From: Alloascoidea hylecoeti
Taxonomy: Eukaryota
DNA: 64,000 nt
NCBI GenBank assembly: GCA_001600815.1
Contig: BCKZ01000018.1
Location: 215,974 to 279,973, forward strand
Reading direction: 5' to 3'
Position numbers and translations under genes: made by a program
In this document: one piece after another, positions 24,301-35,402 of the stretch
How positions within the stretch are numbered: the stretch's first letter is position 1
Layout of the letters: each line of letters opens with the position of its first letter
The notes under the pieces: generated by a model
Seen by the model: only the letters and a program-made list of their open reading frames with translations
What the model was told of the DNA's origin: nothing
The model's database searches: none

Positions 24301-24455
24301 TTTGATAAAAGAGTTTCATTAAATGATTCTGGTGTTAATGTTGATTGTTCTACAATTTCAATGGTTTCTCCTGCTTGTGGAGTATCTGGAGTAGGGCGTG
24401 AAAAGACATATGTAAACAAGAAAAACCACGATAAGATTTGTAAGTGTAATATCAT
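21357..24455 (-). CDS. EPS1: ER membrane protein disulfide isomerase Eps1 with internal repeat insertion
   Basis: Signal peptide, thioredoxin sites FSPYCPHC and FYSPYCSHC, third CPEC domain, C-terminal TM helix and GLGLLG...GKFD tail. Confidence 0.88.
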   Translation of the reverse strand: MILHLQILSWFFLFTYVFSRPTPDTPQAGETIEIVEQSTLTPESFNETLLSNKYSVIKLFSPYCPHCVAFSPDWMKIIKSFDHNWETTHKTVFKSLNCVEQGDLCLKEGVKSMPELFIYKFNESLGISNKISSFPKTKEKNYDNVRNWILEEIGIDDQNITSSEEVETNDKKVKDITTIDKESTNKEETLKSDKSKDAEFENEKSDLKGIDDKSSFGSDTSNQEISDSTEDYNESESKGIDDKSSFGSDTSNQEISDSTKDGKSKSKGIDDKSSFGADTSKQETTDSTKDDKESNSKGIDDKSSFGSDTNKHDTSDSKKDDKSKGTDDKSSFGSDENNKQEIEIPPSLTIETFDKSITENLRFIKFYSPYCSHCIEQAPIWKKAYNQLHSEKEDERLGIFMETVNCFENGDLCSREGIDGYPTLVVYHPNITTSTGNSVLAEYPNDYMKSNEIVEWVKLVGHKYIKGEYEQQPEGNIFDMLRLEDDLKGDTPTSSSNDNPSKQIDDKFIIDSLTLKNLKTPIMISLWPKNDDENDNSCPECDIDFKIWNKFSNSMGNEKLTIGHLNCHSHESICSKLIGSVVNKQSGSIYNSKIRMVRILTIAHGSVIEYTDSLKYSDLYQYGTQIVENYETKEIDLSKLKSLLGPSSKEGKSIFVYYYDEKSSVSEDFDILPHLFETIITNPFNTYLYKSKDKEILNFINEGEESVRNELKFNKIDEKLKSNEKLLSLPTLLNFKQGSKLVEKFINSGTNDIRDLTIVKNWILKNIGSMIADFTPYKTYWLLNDKDSKYDYFVLSIMKPDTETFSSTINNLKSSYNNFKIEKDKIILSKLLKLRNEKDLKIENAKSSTDPNLEQKIRTTPLKIPDYKNVQFGSINGVVWQQYLKLMGWGSSRASNLIGKVLIIDKKSSKYWDTTIDGKRLSLDPKDITDDLKYIIFGKDANFEKTPKLKAKKAYRPNKKLGYAYTSYQKSIKEAYRYGTTNHSVGIMVFIGLLITFFIYRRWRTVKDFNRRKLHGLGLLGTTSSQAAGKFD
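23450..23840 (-). repeat. Coding tandem repeat in EPS1, 5 units of 81-90 bp
   Basis: KG(I/T)DDKSSFG(S/A)D unit repeated five times; DNA core AATGAAGATTTATCATCA at about 23461, 23542, 23632, 23719 and 23809. Confidence 0.95.
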
Positions 24456-24914
24456 TTTTTTAATGATATTTCCCTTTCTTTAATGTAAATATCGAAAATA
24501 TGATGTTTCAATAGTTTCTAAAATAAAAGAAGCATGAAAAATCAAAATTTGTAAAAAACTGATTTTAAAGTGAAGTTGTTTTGAAATTGAAGAATCGAGA
24601 AGGTTAGTTGAAACTAAAGGTGTTTGGTTGTTCAACTCTATTTATAGATCTCGATATGGAATGAAATAGGGCTAGCCATGAAATATGATTTATCTATGAT
24701 GAATATTCTATTTAACAATTATTTTACATTTAAATCCAACATCTAAGATAAAAATTTAAAAGATATATATAACTATAAGTATATGATATAATGGTATAAT
24801 AAATGCTAATAATAATAGTGATAAAACTTCTTTGTTCTTCTTTAAATCTAGATAATCAATAACTAGAAAGAAAAGTTCATTAATATATATATCATTAATT
24901 GTTTATAATATATG

Positions 24915-26207
24915 TTATAGTAATGGATAATCTTTTTCTCGATCTTGTAAATGAGTAAAATAACTTTTCATATAATCAAAAGAAACTAAAGTTACTGCAG
25001 ATGATGGTACAGTTCTAACCATATTTGTACCTAAACCAGAATAAAAAGCTTTAAATCCTTCAACTTTATAAATGTTTGTTGCTATTTTAATTAATCCTAA
25101 TTGTTTTGGAGTTCTTGTAAATGATTCTGATTTTGTTTGTGATGTTTTAGATGAAGTAAATAATGATACATATGGTAAATTTGATGCTGACTTAACAGCA
25201 GCTGTATCAGTAGCAGAAGCAACTATAACTCTATGATTATTATCATGTAAATTCGCAATTGATTGAATTTGCATTCTTGTTCTTAATACTTCATGTGGAT
25301 AAGTTATAACAGAAGCAGTCATTTTTGATATACATGAAGCAGCTAATAATCTAAAGACTTTAAAATCAACATTTTCATCAGGACCACATTTAAAAATGAT
25401 TTTTAATTTTTCCCATAATGGGAAATGAACGGCAACATGTAATAAACCAAACATTGATGGTAATAAACCAGCATAAAATACTTTTAATCCTTCATTTTTA
25501 TACATTTTAATAAATGCTTCAATTGTACCATTATAATAAGTTGATTGATTTTTTAAATTTTTTAAATTTGATTTATTTCCATTAGATTTACTAAAAGTTG
25601 TATGCCCATCTCCTGTTTGTAACATTAATCTTGTTTTAACTACCCATATTGGATTTGTTATTACTGATGATGCTAAACCCGCTGTAATTGCAGATAAAAT
25701 TAATGGTAATGTTTGAGAATTTGAATATGATTTGAATAAATTTGGATATATCGTTTTTGATTTTTCATAAATTGTAAAATAAATCATCCATGTTGGTAAA
25801 TAACCAATTGTTATTGGCACAAGACCTCTATATAAACCTCTAATACCTTCTTCTTTAAATATGATTGTTAGAGTACCAAACATGCCTTTATATTTTGGTG
25901 TCACTTTATTCTGAGATGACGATGATGATAATGATGATGAGTTTGAGGATAATGGTGAAGATTCGGAATTTGAGATGTTATTGTTCACCTCATTTTGTAG
26001 AGATACTCCTTGAGCTTGTAATCGGGTTTTGGCAACGTCCAACGGACAAACCGAGATCCCAGCGAAAAAACCAGCAGAAGCACCAGAAATTGCATTTATC
26101 GATTCATCGGATAAATGATGGATTTTATAGTTGAGCCAATGAGCAGGATTATATATACGCATCAACTCTGCATTATTTGAATTTGAAGGAGGAATTGAGG
26201 CAGTCAT
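24915..26207 (-). CDS. YIA6: Mitochondrial NAD+ carrier (Yia6/Yea6, Ndt1/2)
   Basis: Carrier signatures CPLDVAKTRLQ, NPIWVVKTRLM and YPHEVLRTRMQ; GYLPTWMIYF. Confidence 0.92.
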   Translation of the reverse strand: MTASIPPSNSNNAELMRIYNPAHWLNYKIHHLSDESINAISGASAGFFAGISVCPLDVAKTRLQAQGVSLQNEVNNNISNSESSPLSSNSSSLSSSSSQNKVTPKYKGMFGTLTIIFKEEGIRGLYRGLVPITIGYLPTWMIYFTIYEKSKTIYPNLFKSYSNSQTLPLILSAITAGLASSVITNPIWVVKTRLMLQTGDGHTTFSKSNGNKSNLKNLKNQSTYYNGTIEAFIKMYKNEGLKVFYAGLLPSMFGLLHVAVHFPLWEKLKIIFKCGPDENVDFKVFRLLAASCISKMTASVITYPHEVLRTRMQIQSIANLHDNNHRVIVASATDTAAVKSASNLPYVSLFTSSKTSQTKSESFTRTPKQLGLIKIATNIYKVEGFKAFYSGLGTNMVRTVPSSAVTLVSFDYMKSYFTHLQDREKDYPLL

Positions 26208-26929
26208 TTTGTTAAAATAAATTAAAAAAGGATGGTGGATTAATTTTCGAACTTCTTATGAATTAATGTGGAAAATGATAGTATTAATTAATAATATTAT
26301 TGAGGTTTATAATTTTCAACAATTTATTTTCTCATGATCTGATACACAAATGTTTTTTTTTTGTTGTTGTTGATGGAGTAGATTTAACTGGTACTAATGA
26401 ATTATAATTAGGAATAGTTTAGTTGCTGACGAATGGTGGTACTCCTTTACAATTTATTATGATAACAATCTCAAATCTATTAAAAATCGCAATTACAAAA
26501 GCCGGAAAATGAAAATTATCGGATCTTCCCTCACAAAATATATCTTCCACTGTTTAAAATTGTTTATTAATCTCGTCAAACTTATTCTCTTTCCTTAGCC
26601 CCGAGTCTCCCGAATTCCCCTACCATTTTGCAATTGTCTTGTGAGTCACGTGTTACTATTTTTCATCTATTAATTATAAGGATTATTTATTTATACAGTA
26701 ATGACATGATACCCCACTTTACTCTAATATTACATGTAATAGAAATACATGTATTGGCCTTATACCGTGATTTTATGCATTATCTAAGTATAGTCCATTA
26801 TTTTATATTCGTCGTAGTCCATTTGTATTACGACGGCATACCGACTTTAAGACAAAAGGACTGATATCGATCATGATCATGATAAGATTACAAAACAAAT
26901 GAATTGAGGAAAAATCGTAAAAGTAGATG

Positions 26930-27520
26930 TTGATTTTTAGGCAATCTTGACAAATCATTCATGAATTTTTCAACAAGCCCGATGTTTTCATTTCTAAAGC
27001 AACCGCTAAACAACTCTTGGTTAAATAGCGCGCTTAATACCGCTTACAAATATCCAGATAAATAGCCGAATTATTTTTAGAAAAATCGCGATTATCGTTT
27101 ATTACATCTCACGAATTCATTTACGGTGCCTGTCAAAAACTTATTGGAAAAAGAGTAGAAAACCAACTAGTCAGTTAGCACCTTTATTTTTTTGTGTGAC
27201 AAAAATGGTTACTCTGAGATATCTCGACCTTAGTTTTCAGGCCTAACTCCAACATCTGTTTTCGTAATGGCTAAAGGCAAATAAAACTTCTTCTTCCTTA
27301 TTCACTTTTAGTCTCTATGTTTGCGTTTGTATCGGTATTTGAATTCGTGTTTTTGTTTGTCACCAGATGCTTTGTTTTTTCTGGAGGTGCCAACTCTTTT
27401 AAATACGAATAGAATGTAGATAAATGGCCAATGTAAATCATACCGTTTTCAAAATAATTATTGCACGTCTTTGATCAAATTACTACTCTTTTTCTTCACG
27501 GTGTATGCCTCCAGATTACA
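26930..27520. mobile_element. Possible highly decayed Tc1/IS630-type fragments
   Basis: TA-CGGTGCCTGTCAAAAACTTATTGGAAA at 27122 resembles the TIR at 4997 (TA-CAGTGTCAGGCATAAAAACATGGAAA). Minus-strand HLSTFYSYLKEL resembles a transposase HTH. Confidence 0.3.
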
Positions 27521-28339
27521 CATAGTTAAGAACTAGGGTTATTTGTGTGAATAGTAACCTACTAATATGGCATCCCAAATAAAAAATCATTTATAAAATT
27601 AATACGACTTACCTTATCTAGTATAAGCAATTAAGATACTTCCGGATCCAGCAATATGCACAATTGCATTCGATGTTGCTATCTCAGAGGAATAACAATA
27701 ATAGTTATAATATTATTCCTTTACCATCAGTTGAAACGGTTACACTATTTAATATTTATGGACACATAATGATATTCTTTAAGAATATAATCTTAATAAT
27801 GTAATATTTAAATTAATAGAAGTTATAAGAAAATAATGTGAAATACTTGAGGAAGTAAAGTCCCCGACCACAATCATTAATATTATAGCTACATTATATA
27901 CATAGCAATGCAATGACGGCAATGATGGCTGGTGTTGAGTTTATCTTTTATGATAATAAAGCAACTATTATCCATATGCATAGCTCTATTCAGGAAGTCT
28001 TTATGATATTTGCATATGTTAAATTGATATCAATTTCCCCATATATTGGATATTAATAGCAACAAATCGCAATTACTTATAAGTATATATTTAGTACTAA
28101 TATAGAATATTTAATTTATTTATGCAAACTATTAAATGATTTTCTCAAATAGGCAGCAATGGGGTAGAAAAATAAAAAGCAAGCCACTTATAAAACTTAA
28201 ATTCTAAAATATAATTATTATTATTCTGTATAATCTCGAATAAGTATATCCAAGAAAAAAAAGGACATACAAGAAGAAAAAATTTCTTCAATCACTTTTA
28301 CTCATCATAATTATTTAAAAAAAAGAATTTAACAACAAA

Positions 28340-29251
28340 ATGAGATTACTATCGGTTTCAACCATCACTTTTACTTTTCTGTCTGTTATTACAGCGTTTG
28401 GATTACCTATACCGGTACTTGAAGAGGAAGAAGGAGGATTCCGTTTATCTGAAAAGGGAGAAGGTTCTCTTGAAAAATTAAAAGAGTTTGCAGAACTTCA
28501 AAGCTTTGGTCGTAATTATTTGAAAAACTCAAAAAAATCGACGCCAGAAATCTCAAGTGTTGGCATGGAACGTCACCGTTTGGTGACAATGGTCACCGAC
28601 ATAGAAGAAACAGGATACTCAGCTTTTATTTTCATCGATGATGAAGAAACAGAATTAACTGTTTCAGTAATCAATGACGCTGATGCCTTGTTGTATTTCA
28701 ATGCTGCTAATTCCAAATTGGTTCCTTACGATCGCCCTATTGTTGAGAATATTGGAAATGATACATTTGCGTCATATGATAATTTACCTGAAGTGAAACT
28801 TGCTGCCACCTTAGCAACTATAGCTGGTGTCGTATTCACCATCTTGGGTCCTATTGTTGGTGCAATTATCGCCACAATACCTGGTTTGATTGTCAACGTT
28901 CTCGGTCATGCACTATCCGGCCCACTTGCTGCCTTATTTGGTGCTGAACAGAAAAATGCTGGTTTTAATGTTAAAGTTATCACTTTTGATTCTCCAAATT
29001 TTGGTGATATTGGAATGGCTATACAAATGGACATTTTATTTAACAACAGTTTAACTTATAGTAACTTGGCACAAGGTAAACTCAGTGGATATATTCAAGT
29101 TGTTCATGAAAATGATATTGTTCCAGACTTACCATCTACTGAATTAGGTTATACACGATCTGGCTTAGAGGTATTTATTAGAGGAAATGATTCATCTGCC
29201 TCTTCTGAAAATGTCGTCGTATGTCCTGTAAACAATTACAACTGTGTGTGA
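28340..29251 (+). CDS. Secreted class-3 lipase-like protein lacking catalytic residues (pseudo-enzyme or young pseudogene)
   Basis: Signal peptide; lipase-3 motifs VLGHALSGPLAALFG (GHSLGG with Ser to Ala), VITFDSPNFGD, VVHENDIVPDLP and GYTRSGLEVFI. The frame stops before the catalytic His region. Confidence 0.75.
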   Translation: MRLLSVSTITFTFLSVITAFGLPIPVLEEEEGGFRLSEKGEGSLEKLKEFAELQSFGRNYLKNSKKSTPEISSVGMERHRLVTMVTDIEETGYSAFIFIDDEETELTVSVINDADALLYFNAANSKLVPYDRPIVENIGNDTFASYDNLPEVKLAATLATIAGVVFTILGPIVGAIIATIPGLIVNVLGHALSGPLAALFGAEQKNAGFNVKVITFDSPNFGDIGMAIQMDILFNNSLTYSNLAQGKLSGYIQVVHENDIVPDLPSTELGYTRSGLEVFIRGNDSSASSENVVVCPVNNYNCV

Positions 29252-30306
29252 TGGGTTTAATATTGCAACTGGTAGACTTTCTTCTGTTTCTGAAGGTATT
29301 CCTAGAAAGACTCTAATATAGAATAAATGAGACTGGTAGACTAGGTGTTGGAGATTATATTGGATTAATGGAATAAGGATAATACTTTTAGTGTATTAAA
29401 TTTAGTGTATAATATATGTATTAAAAGCTATTTGAATTAGGAAGTATATTAATATTAGAATAAGATTATTCCCAATCGGAAAGTACGATGGATAAAAGAA
29501 TAAGAAATTATTCAGATGTGTTTTATATTATACATGTAGTATTTTAAATATAGAGGTTATATTCTACCAAAAAAATTATGCAGGCAGTGCATTTTTTCGA
29601 TGCCACTCCAAATGAAAATGAGGAAGTAAAAAATTAAAAAAAATTGAAAAAATAACTGTGGTTTAAATAATCTTTTCATGGAAAGAAGAAATTGAATAAT
29701 TAAGATTTAAATATTTCACTCTATAAGTAACTTCTCATATATAAATAATTTCTAGCTATAGTTAAGAAGTTTTAATTAGAAATTATAAGTAAAGTTGAAA
29801 AATATAAAAATAAATAAGTATAAAGACTTGTATCAAATTGATAAGCTCTCAGCTATGACCGGATACTTCACTTATGGTTTATATAGTTATTTACTAGATA
29901 TAACATAGATAACTACATCAATATTAAAGATTAAACTCGTAATGTGAATACATGTATAAGACTGAAAAAGAAATAAGAAATAAGAATGAGCAAAAAAAAA
30001 TTTCTTGTTGAAGCATAAGCTACGGAACTAGACTGAAAACTACGAATGAGAATATTTATATAAACAAGTAGGATAAACTGATAAAAGCGACTACACAATA
30101 CTGAAAAGAACTTGTAAAACAAATGCGCATATAAAGCATAATAGAGAAGCAAACGAATAAGATAATAGAATGGGATTAAATGTATATAATTATAATGTAT
30201 CATAGAAATAGTGAGTTTTATATCACCATTAGGTAAAGACCTTGTGTTACATAGTTAATTTATATTAACCTTCTTTTAGGTAAAGTATATCGTATTTATC
30301 TTGAGA

Positions 30307-31713
30307 TCAAAGCATAATAGCAGCAACTCCACTTCTATTTTCTTGATCCCATTTCCCTGTTTCCTTAATTAATTTACCCCCATTCACAGGGAATGACTTA
30401 TAATTGAAAAGGTAATAGTTTAATTTTCCATCTCCTAATCCAAATTTCAATTCATTCAAAAATAATGTATTGTCTTGAGAAGAAAGTGCATTAAACACAT
30501 CAACTCCTAACCCATGTGCCAATACTAATGCGTCATTCATTAAGTCTATCAAACGACTTTGAAGTTTCTTGGTGGCTTCCTTGTCTGTGCGTGGCTTATC
30601 TAGACTTGTTTTGGTAGCATAATGATACAAGTAGGCAATCTCCAACCCATTGTGTTGTTCGTTGTGGAGTACAGTAAACGGAAGTAAATAGAACGAGAAA
30701 AAATCGGTAATCTCTTTGGTTTCTGGATCCTCAACAACATAACTGTAGACCACCCGGTTATCAGCCTCATGGCTATTATCCAGAAACCAATGCTCAACCT
30801 CTTCTGTTGAAAATAGAGTCACTAAATCAAATTTGTCCAAATAAGCACTTAGAAGAGTTTTAACAGACTCAATATCTTCAAATTTCATTTCTCTCAAACC
30901 CTTAATTTTAGTTTTCGTTGTTAAAGCATATTTCGAAATCATTTGAGATTTTGTTGCTCCATCTGGGAGGGGGCTAAACCCAACTTCATATAGTTTAAGC
31001 CAATTCAAAGGACGATGATTATAGCGACAAACTGATGCTGGGCTTGGTAAAACAACTCCTGCAGTATATAAAGCCTGCCAAATATTTGTCAAGTTAACCC
31101 TTCTAGTAATTTCCTTAATTAATACAGGAGCTAAACGTTTTGCTCTTAATTTCTTATGGACACATAAAAAGTTGATTTCTACAATCTTGAATGTATTATC
31201 ATGACATCTTAAGTCGGCTGGAATAGCGCTGATAAACGCAATTAATCTTCCATTTGATTTGACTCTCACACCAACATGCCAATCCTTTCTCCAGCCAGGT
31301 GATTTTAAAGCCCAATTGAAAAAGCTAGACGAGTAGTTAAATCTAAAAGTAGCATCTTGATCCTCAACATAATGGCCATGGAGTAACTGATATACATCAT
31401 CAAGTTGTTTTTCATCTGAAAGATCCATAGTTACCCACTCAAACTCGTTTAATAGATTATAAGGCTCAGAACGAACATCACTGACTTTTTTGATGGAATC
31501 AATAGGTCCCTCATGGACAATTTTTTCGTCAAAAGCGACGACAGGCTGTGTTTTCCAAAATTTATAATCATTCATCTGTTTTTTCTGTACATCATTCAAT
31601 TCCCCACCCATACTTAATAGTTTAAACAGGTCTTCAATAGTTTTTTTGCTTGGTCTAGGTAGGTTAGGCTTCTCCCCCTCTTTTTTGCTCAATCCAGAGT
31701 TATTTTCAGTCAT
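30307..31713 (-). CDS. NMT1: Glycylpeptide N-myristoyltransferase
   Basis: [51 protein letters not shown]. Confidence 0.98.
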   Translation of the reverse strand: MTENNSGLSKKEGEKPNLPRPSKKTIEDLFKLLSMGGELNDVQKKQMNDYKFWKTQPVVAFDEKIVHEGPIDSIKKVSDVRSEPYNLLNEFEWVTMDLSDEKQLDDVYQLLHGHYVEDQDATFRFNYSSSFFNWALKSPGWRKDWHVGVRVKSNGRLIAFISAIPADLRCHDNTFKIVEINFLCVHKKLRAKRLAPVLIKEITRRVNLTNIWQALYTAGVVLPSPASVCRYNHRPLNWLKLYEVGFSPLPDGATKSQMISKYALTTKTKIKGLREMKFEDIESVKTLLSAYLDKFDLVTLFSTEEVEHWFLDNSHEADNRVVYSYVVEDPETKEITDFFSFYLLPFTVLHNEQHNGLEIAYLYHYATKTSLDKPRTDKEATKKLQSRLIDLMNDALVLAHGLGVDVFNALSSQDNTLFLNELKFGLGDGKLNYYLFNYKSFPVNGGKLIKETGKWDQENRSGVAAIML

Positions 31714-31852
31714 TTTTCAAATGTCTTCCTCGATTAAAAAATGATATTATGTTTTTATAGTTGAAGGGAACTACAATTGGAAGCAATAAAATAATTTTCT
31801 GGTGGTAATCACAGATTGATGGTTTATTTTGTCTTTGCCACAATCATTAATA

Positions 31853-31914
31853 TCCGGGTAAATCATACACACAGGAAGCCAAAAAAAAATTATTATTATG
31901 ATTAAAATTTTTCA
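31853..31914. promoter_or_regulatory. NMT1/PWP1 divergent promoter: Reb1-type site and RRPE
   Basis: TCCGGGTAA at 31853-31861; AAAATTTTTCA (RRPE TGAAAAATTTT, reverse) at 31904-31914, upstream of a ribosome-biogenesis gene. Confidence 0.6.
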
Positions 31915-31935
31915 ATACTATAGTATACTCTTAAA

Positions 31936-33558
31936 ATGATTTCGGCAACAGCATGGGTTCCAAAGGGATTCGCAAGTGAGTTTCCCGAACAGTATGAATT
32001 GGATGATGAAGAAATGGAGAGAATTAACAAAATGGCCAAATTACAGATTGATGATGCAAAAGCTGATTTGGAAATGACAAATGAATCCGAAGAGATACCT
32101 AATTTGTCTAAATTAGGCATTAAAGATGATATCGAGCTTGATGATGACTTGAAAGAATACGATCTAGAGAATTATGATGAGGAGGAAAATGAGGGTGAAT
32201 ATGTGTCAATTTTTCCAGGTATTAAAGAAGCTTCCTATCACCAAAAAGATGGTGATGAGGATAACGCTTTTATCACATTACCTACAGAACAGGATTTATT
32301 AGAGGAGAAAGAAGAGCTTCAAATATATCCAACTGATAACCTAATTCTTACTACGAAAACTGAGGACGATCTGTCTTACCTTGAAGTATATGTATATGAT
32401 GATGGTTATAACAATAATAAACTACCAACAGATATGGAAGAAGATGAAGATGTAGTTAGGGAAAGTTCGCTCTATACACATCATGACTTTATGCTCCCAG
32501 CTTTCCCATTATGTGTTGAATGGATAAATTATAAGGTAGGCAATCCTGAACCATCTGCTAGCATTGGCAATTTTGCTGCTATTGGTACATTCGAACCACA
32601 AATTGAAATTTGGAATTTAGACTATGTTGAAAAATCATACCCTGATGCAATTTTAGGTGAAGTTCCTGATGCAAGTAGTATTAAAATCAGTAAGAAGAAA
32701 AAGAAGAAGAATGCTAAGCGGAAAAATGATGAATATCATATTGATTCTGTCTTAACGCTTTCTCATAACCGCATTCATAGAAATGTTTTAGCATCAGGTT
32801 CTGCCGATGAGACTGTTAAATTATGGGATCTGAATAGCTGTAAATGCGTTAAAAGTTTTAATAAGTTGCATGGTGATAAAGTAAGTTCAATTAAATGGCA
32901 CGAAAAAGAAGCTTCAATTTTATTATCAGGAAGTTATGATGGATATGTCGCTCTTTCTGATGTTAGAATTTCAGAAGAAAGTCAAATGAGCAAAAAGAAA
33001 CAAATATCTAAAAGTTATGGTGATATCGAAGTTGTGAATTGGGGAAGAGATACTTTTTTTTATGCTGGAACAGAAAAAGGTGTAGTATTTGCATTTGATG
33101 GTCGAATGGATGACAAACCTATCTGGCAATTACAGGCACATGATTCACCAATTACCTCAATTGATATCAATAAGTATATCGACGGATTTATGGTAACTAG
33201 TGGAATGACTGATAAAAGTATTAAGTTGTGGAATATTAGCGATCTTAACAAACCATCAATGATGTTATCCAGAGATTTAGATGTTGGTAATGTCTTTTCT
33301 GTTAACTTTGCACCAGATAAAGAAATTGCAGGATTTATCACATGTGGAGGAAGTAAATCATCATTAAAGATCTGGGATACGTTTACGAATAAGACCGTGA
33401 AAAGCTCGTTTGGCAAACAAATCAAAGAAATCAGTGTAAAAGACTACGAAAACATCAAAAATGATAACATCATTGGAATTAGTAGTGATACTGAAGATGA
33501 AGATGAAGATGAAGATGGAGAAGAGAGAGGATGGGAAAGCATGGATGATGAAGAATAG
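31936..33558 (+). CDS. PWP1: WD40 ribosome-biogenesis protein Pwp1
   Basis: MISATAWVPKGFASEFP, HHDFMLPAFPLCVEW, LASGSADETVKLWDL, acidic termini. Divergent from NMT1 as in S. cerevisiae (YLR195C/YLR196W). Confidence 0.96.
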   Translation: MISATAWVPKGFASEFPEQYELDDEEMERINKMAKLQIDDAKADLEMTNESEEIPNLSKLGIKDDIELDDDLKEYDLENYDEEENEGEYVSIFPGIKEASYHQKDGDEDNAFITLPTEQDLLEEKEELQIYPTDNLILTTKTEDDLSYLEVYVYDDGYNNNKLPTDMEEDEDVVRESSLYTHHDFMLPAFPLCVEWINYKVGNPEPSASIGNFAAIGTFEPQIEIWNLDYVEKSYPDAILGEVPDASSIKISKKKKKKNAKRKNDEYHIDSVLTLSHNRIHRNVLASGSADETVKLWDLNSCKCVKSFNKLHGDKVSSIKWHEKEASILLSGSYDGYVALSDVRISEESQMSKKKQISKSYGDIEVVNWGRDTFFYAGTEKGVVFAFDGRMDDKPIWQLQAHDSPITSIDINKYIDGFMVTSGMTDKSIKLWNISDLNKPSMMLSRDLDVGNVFSVNFAPDKEIAGFITCGGSKSSLKIWDTFTNKTVKSSFGKQIKEISVKDYENIKNDNIIGISSDTEDEDEDEDGEERGWESMDDEE

Positions 33559-34316
33559 TAAAGCTTTGTGAATATAGACCTATATCGATCATAATTATAA
33601 ACGATTTTTATTACGGTTAGAATAATACGTTGTACTACATAGCAAATCTCGATTCTCCTAGATATGATATTGATACAAATGAGGACTACTAGTCCTGAAA
33701 TATGAGTCAAGATCCGTGCATGGTACCACGTAATGATATAAGGAGGTGCCTTAAAGTCTTAAAGCTTCATATTAATATTAAGATCGTGAAGAGTCTGATG
33801 ATAAGTGAACATGTGCCATGGCAGCAGCTGATGCTGGTCATAATTATAAGAGTTAATATTGGAAGCGATATCGATTGATGCAGCATATCTATAAGGTTTA
33901 TATTTACACTATAATGGTATATACTGCATGATATAAACTTGATTCTTTTCCATTAAATACCTTTCGAATAACCAATTAGAAATGTTGGAAGGGGAAAAGT
34001 GTATTGTAATCAAAGCGTTGATGGAATAACCTTATCAAAATGATGTAATTATAAGCGATGCATGCATACTATATCATAGATTTAACGGTATAAGGTGATG
34101 AGCGGTTTTTATTTCCTTTCATTCTAGAAAACAAGACATCTATATAACAAATATAGATATATCAACCATCACGTAATGTACATATCTAAATAAATTATTA
34201 TTATTATGTATAAAATATATAAATAGTATAATCCCTCAATTTCTGTAAATATCTATAATCAATCAATATTGTTTTGCAAATACATTTCTACTTAAATTTA
34301 AAATTTTAACATCGAG

Positions 34317-35084
34317 ATGACTGTTGATCAACAACCTGCTGTATTTTATGTCAATTGTGCTCTATTTGATGTTGATGGAACCATAATAAACTCTACTGGT
34401 GCTATTTCTGATTTCTGGAGATGGTTTGCAGAAGATAAACCCCATTTTGATGCGGAACATGTTATTAGAAACTCACATGGCTGTCGAACATTTGATGTTA
34501 TAGAAAAATATGCTCCTGAATGTGCTGAAGTCGAGTATGTTACTAACCTAGAAGCTTCTATTCCAGATAACTTTGGTAAAAAGGCAAAACCAGTTCCTGG
34601 AACAGTTGAAGTGATAAGGGAATTTGAAAGATTATCAGTAACAGAGACAGAAAATAATCAACAAAGATGGGCAATTGTAACTAGTGGAACAAATCCTCTT
34701 GCTACTAAATGGCTCAAGTTATTACAAATTACACCTCCAAATACATTTATTACAGCTGAATTGGTGAAACTTGGTAAGCCAAATCCTATGGGTTATGCAA
34801 TGGCTAGGAAAAGATTAGGATATGGAGACCCTTCGAGCTCAGCTAAAGTTGTTGTCTTTGAAGATGCTCCAGCTGGAATCAAAGCGGGTAAAGGAGCAGG
34901 TGCCATGGTAGTAGGGCTATCTACTACTTATGAACCGGAAAAGGTTCAAATGGCTGGGGCTGATATTGTAGTTCCTGATCTCACATCATTAAAGATCGAA
35001 AGTTATAATCCGGAAACAGATTTATTTAAGATAGTTGTGTCTGATTATCAATACGCAGCTGAACACCTTTTAACAAAGAGTTGA
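34317..35084 (+). CDS. GPP1: Glycerol-3-phosphate phosphatase (HAD family)
   Basis: ALFDVDGTII, FDAEHVIRNSHG, WAIVTSGT, GKPNP, VVFEDAPAGI. Confidence 0.92.
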   Translation: MTVDQQPAVFYVNCALFDVDGTIINSTGAISDFWRWFAEDKPHFDAEHVIRNSHGCRTFDVIEKYAPECAEVEYVTNLEASIPDNFGKKAKPVPGTVEVIREFERLSVTETENNQQRWAIVTSGTNPLATKWLKLLQITPPNTFITAELVKLGKPNPMGYAMARKRLGYGDPSSSAKVVVFEDAPAGIKAGKGAGAMVVGLSTTYEPEKVQMAGADIVVPDLTSLKIESYNPETDLFKIVVSDYQYAAEHLLTKS

Positions 35085-35402
35085 GCTCGAGAGAATATTT
35101 CACGACCAACTGAATATATGAACATAAGTAATAATATAAAAAGCTTGAGGGGAAAAGCATACGCATTTATTTATTTATTATACCGAACTGTAAGAGAAAT
35201 ATTAATATTAATGTATATTGTTTATATGGTTAATTATAGTTTTAGGAAGTAATAATATATTTTTATGTTTCTCTGGTTTATTAACTCAATAACCATATAA
35301 AGAGATGTGCTCATTCTAAAATAAATATATAAAGTCTTAAGCAAATGCAACGCATCTGTTTCTAGAGTTCAACCCATTAAAACAACCTGATATCCTTAAA
35401 AT

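Noticed and set aside
26645..26775. Point centromere (CDEI GTCACGTG plus AT-rich tract)
   Set aside because: No proper CDEIII (TTCCGAA) follows; more likely a Cbf1 site in the YIA6 promoter.
27605..27695. U1 snRNA (ACTTACCTT plus hairpin with ATTGCA loop)
   Set aside because: No GATCA.GAAG U1-70K loop and no convincing Sm site.
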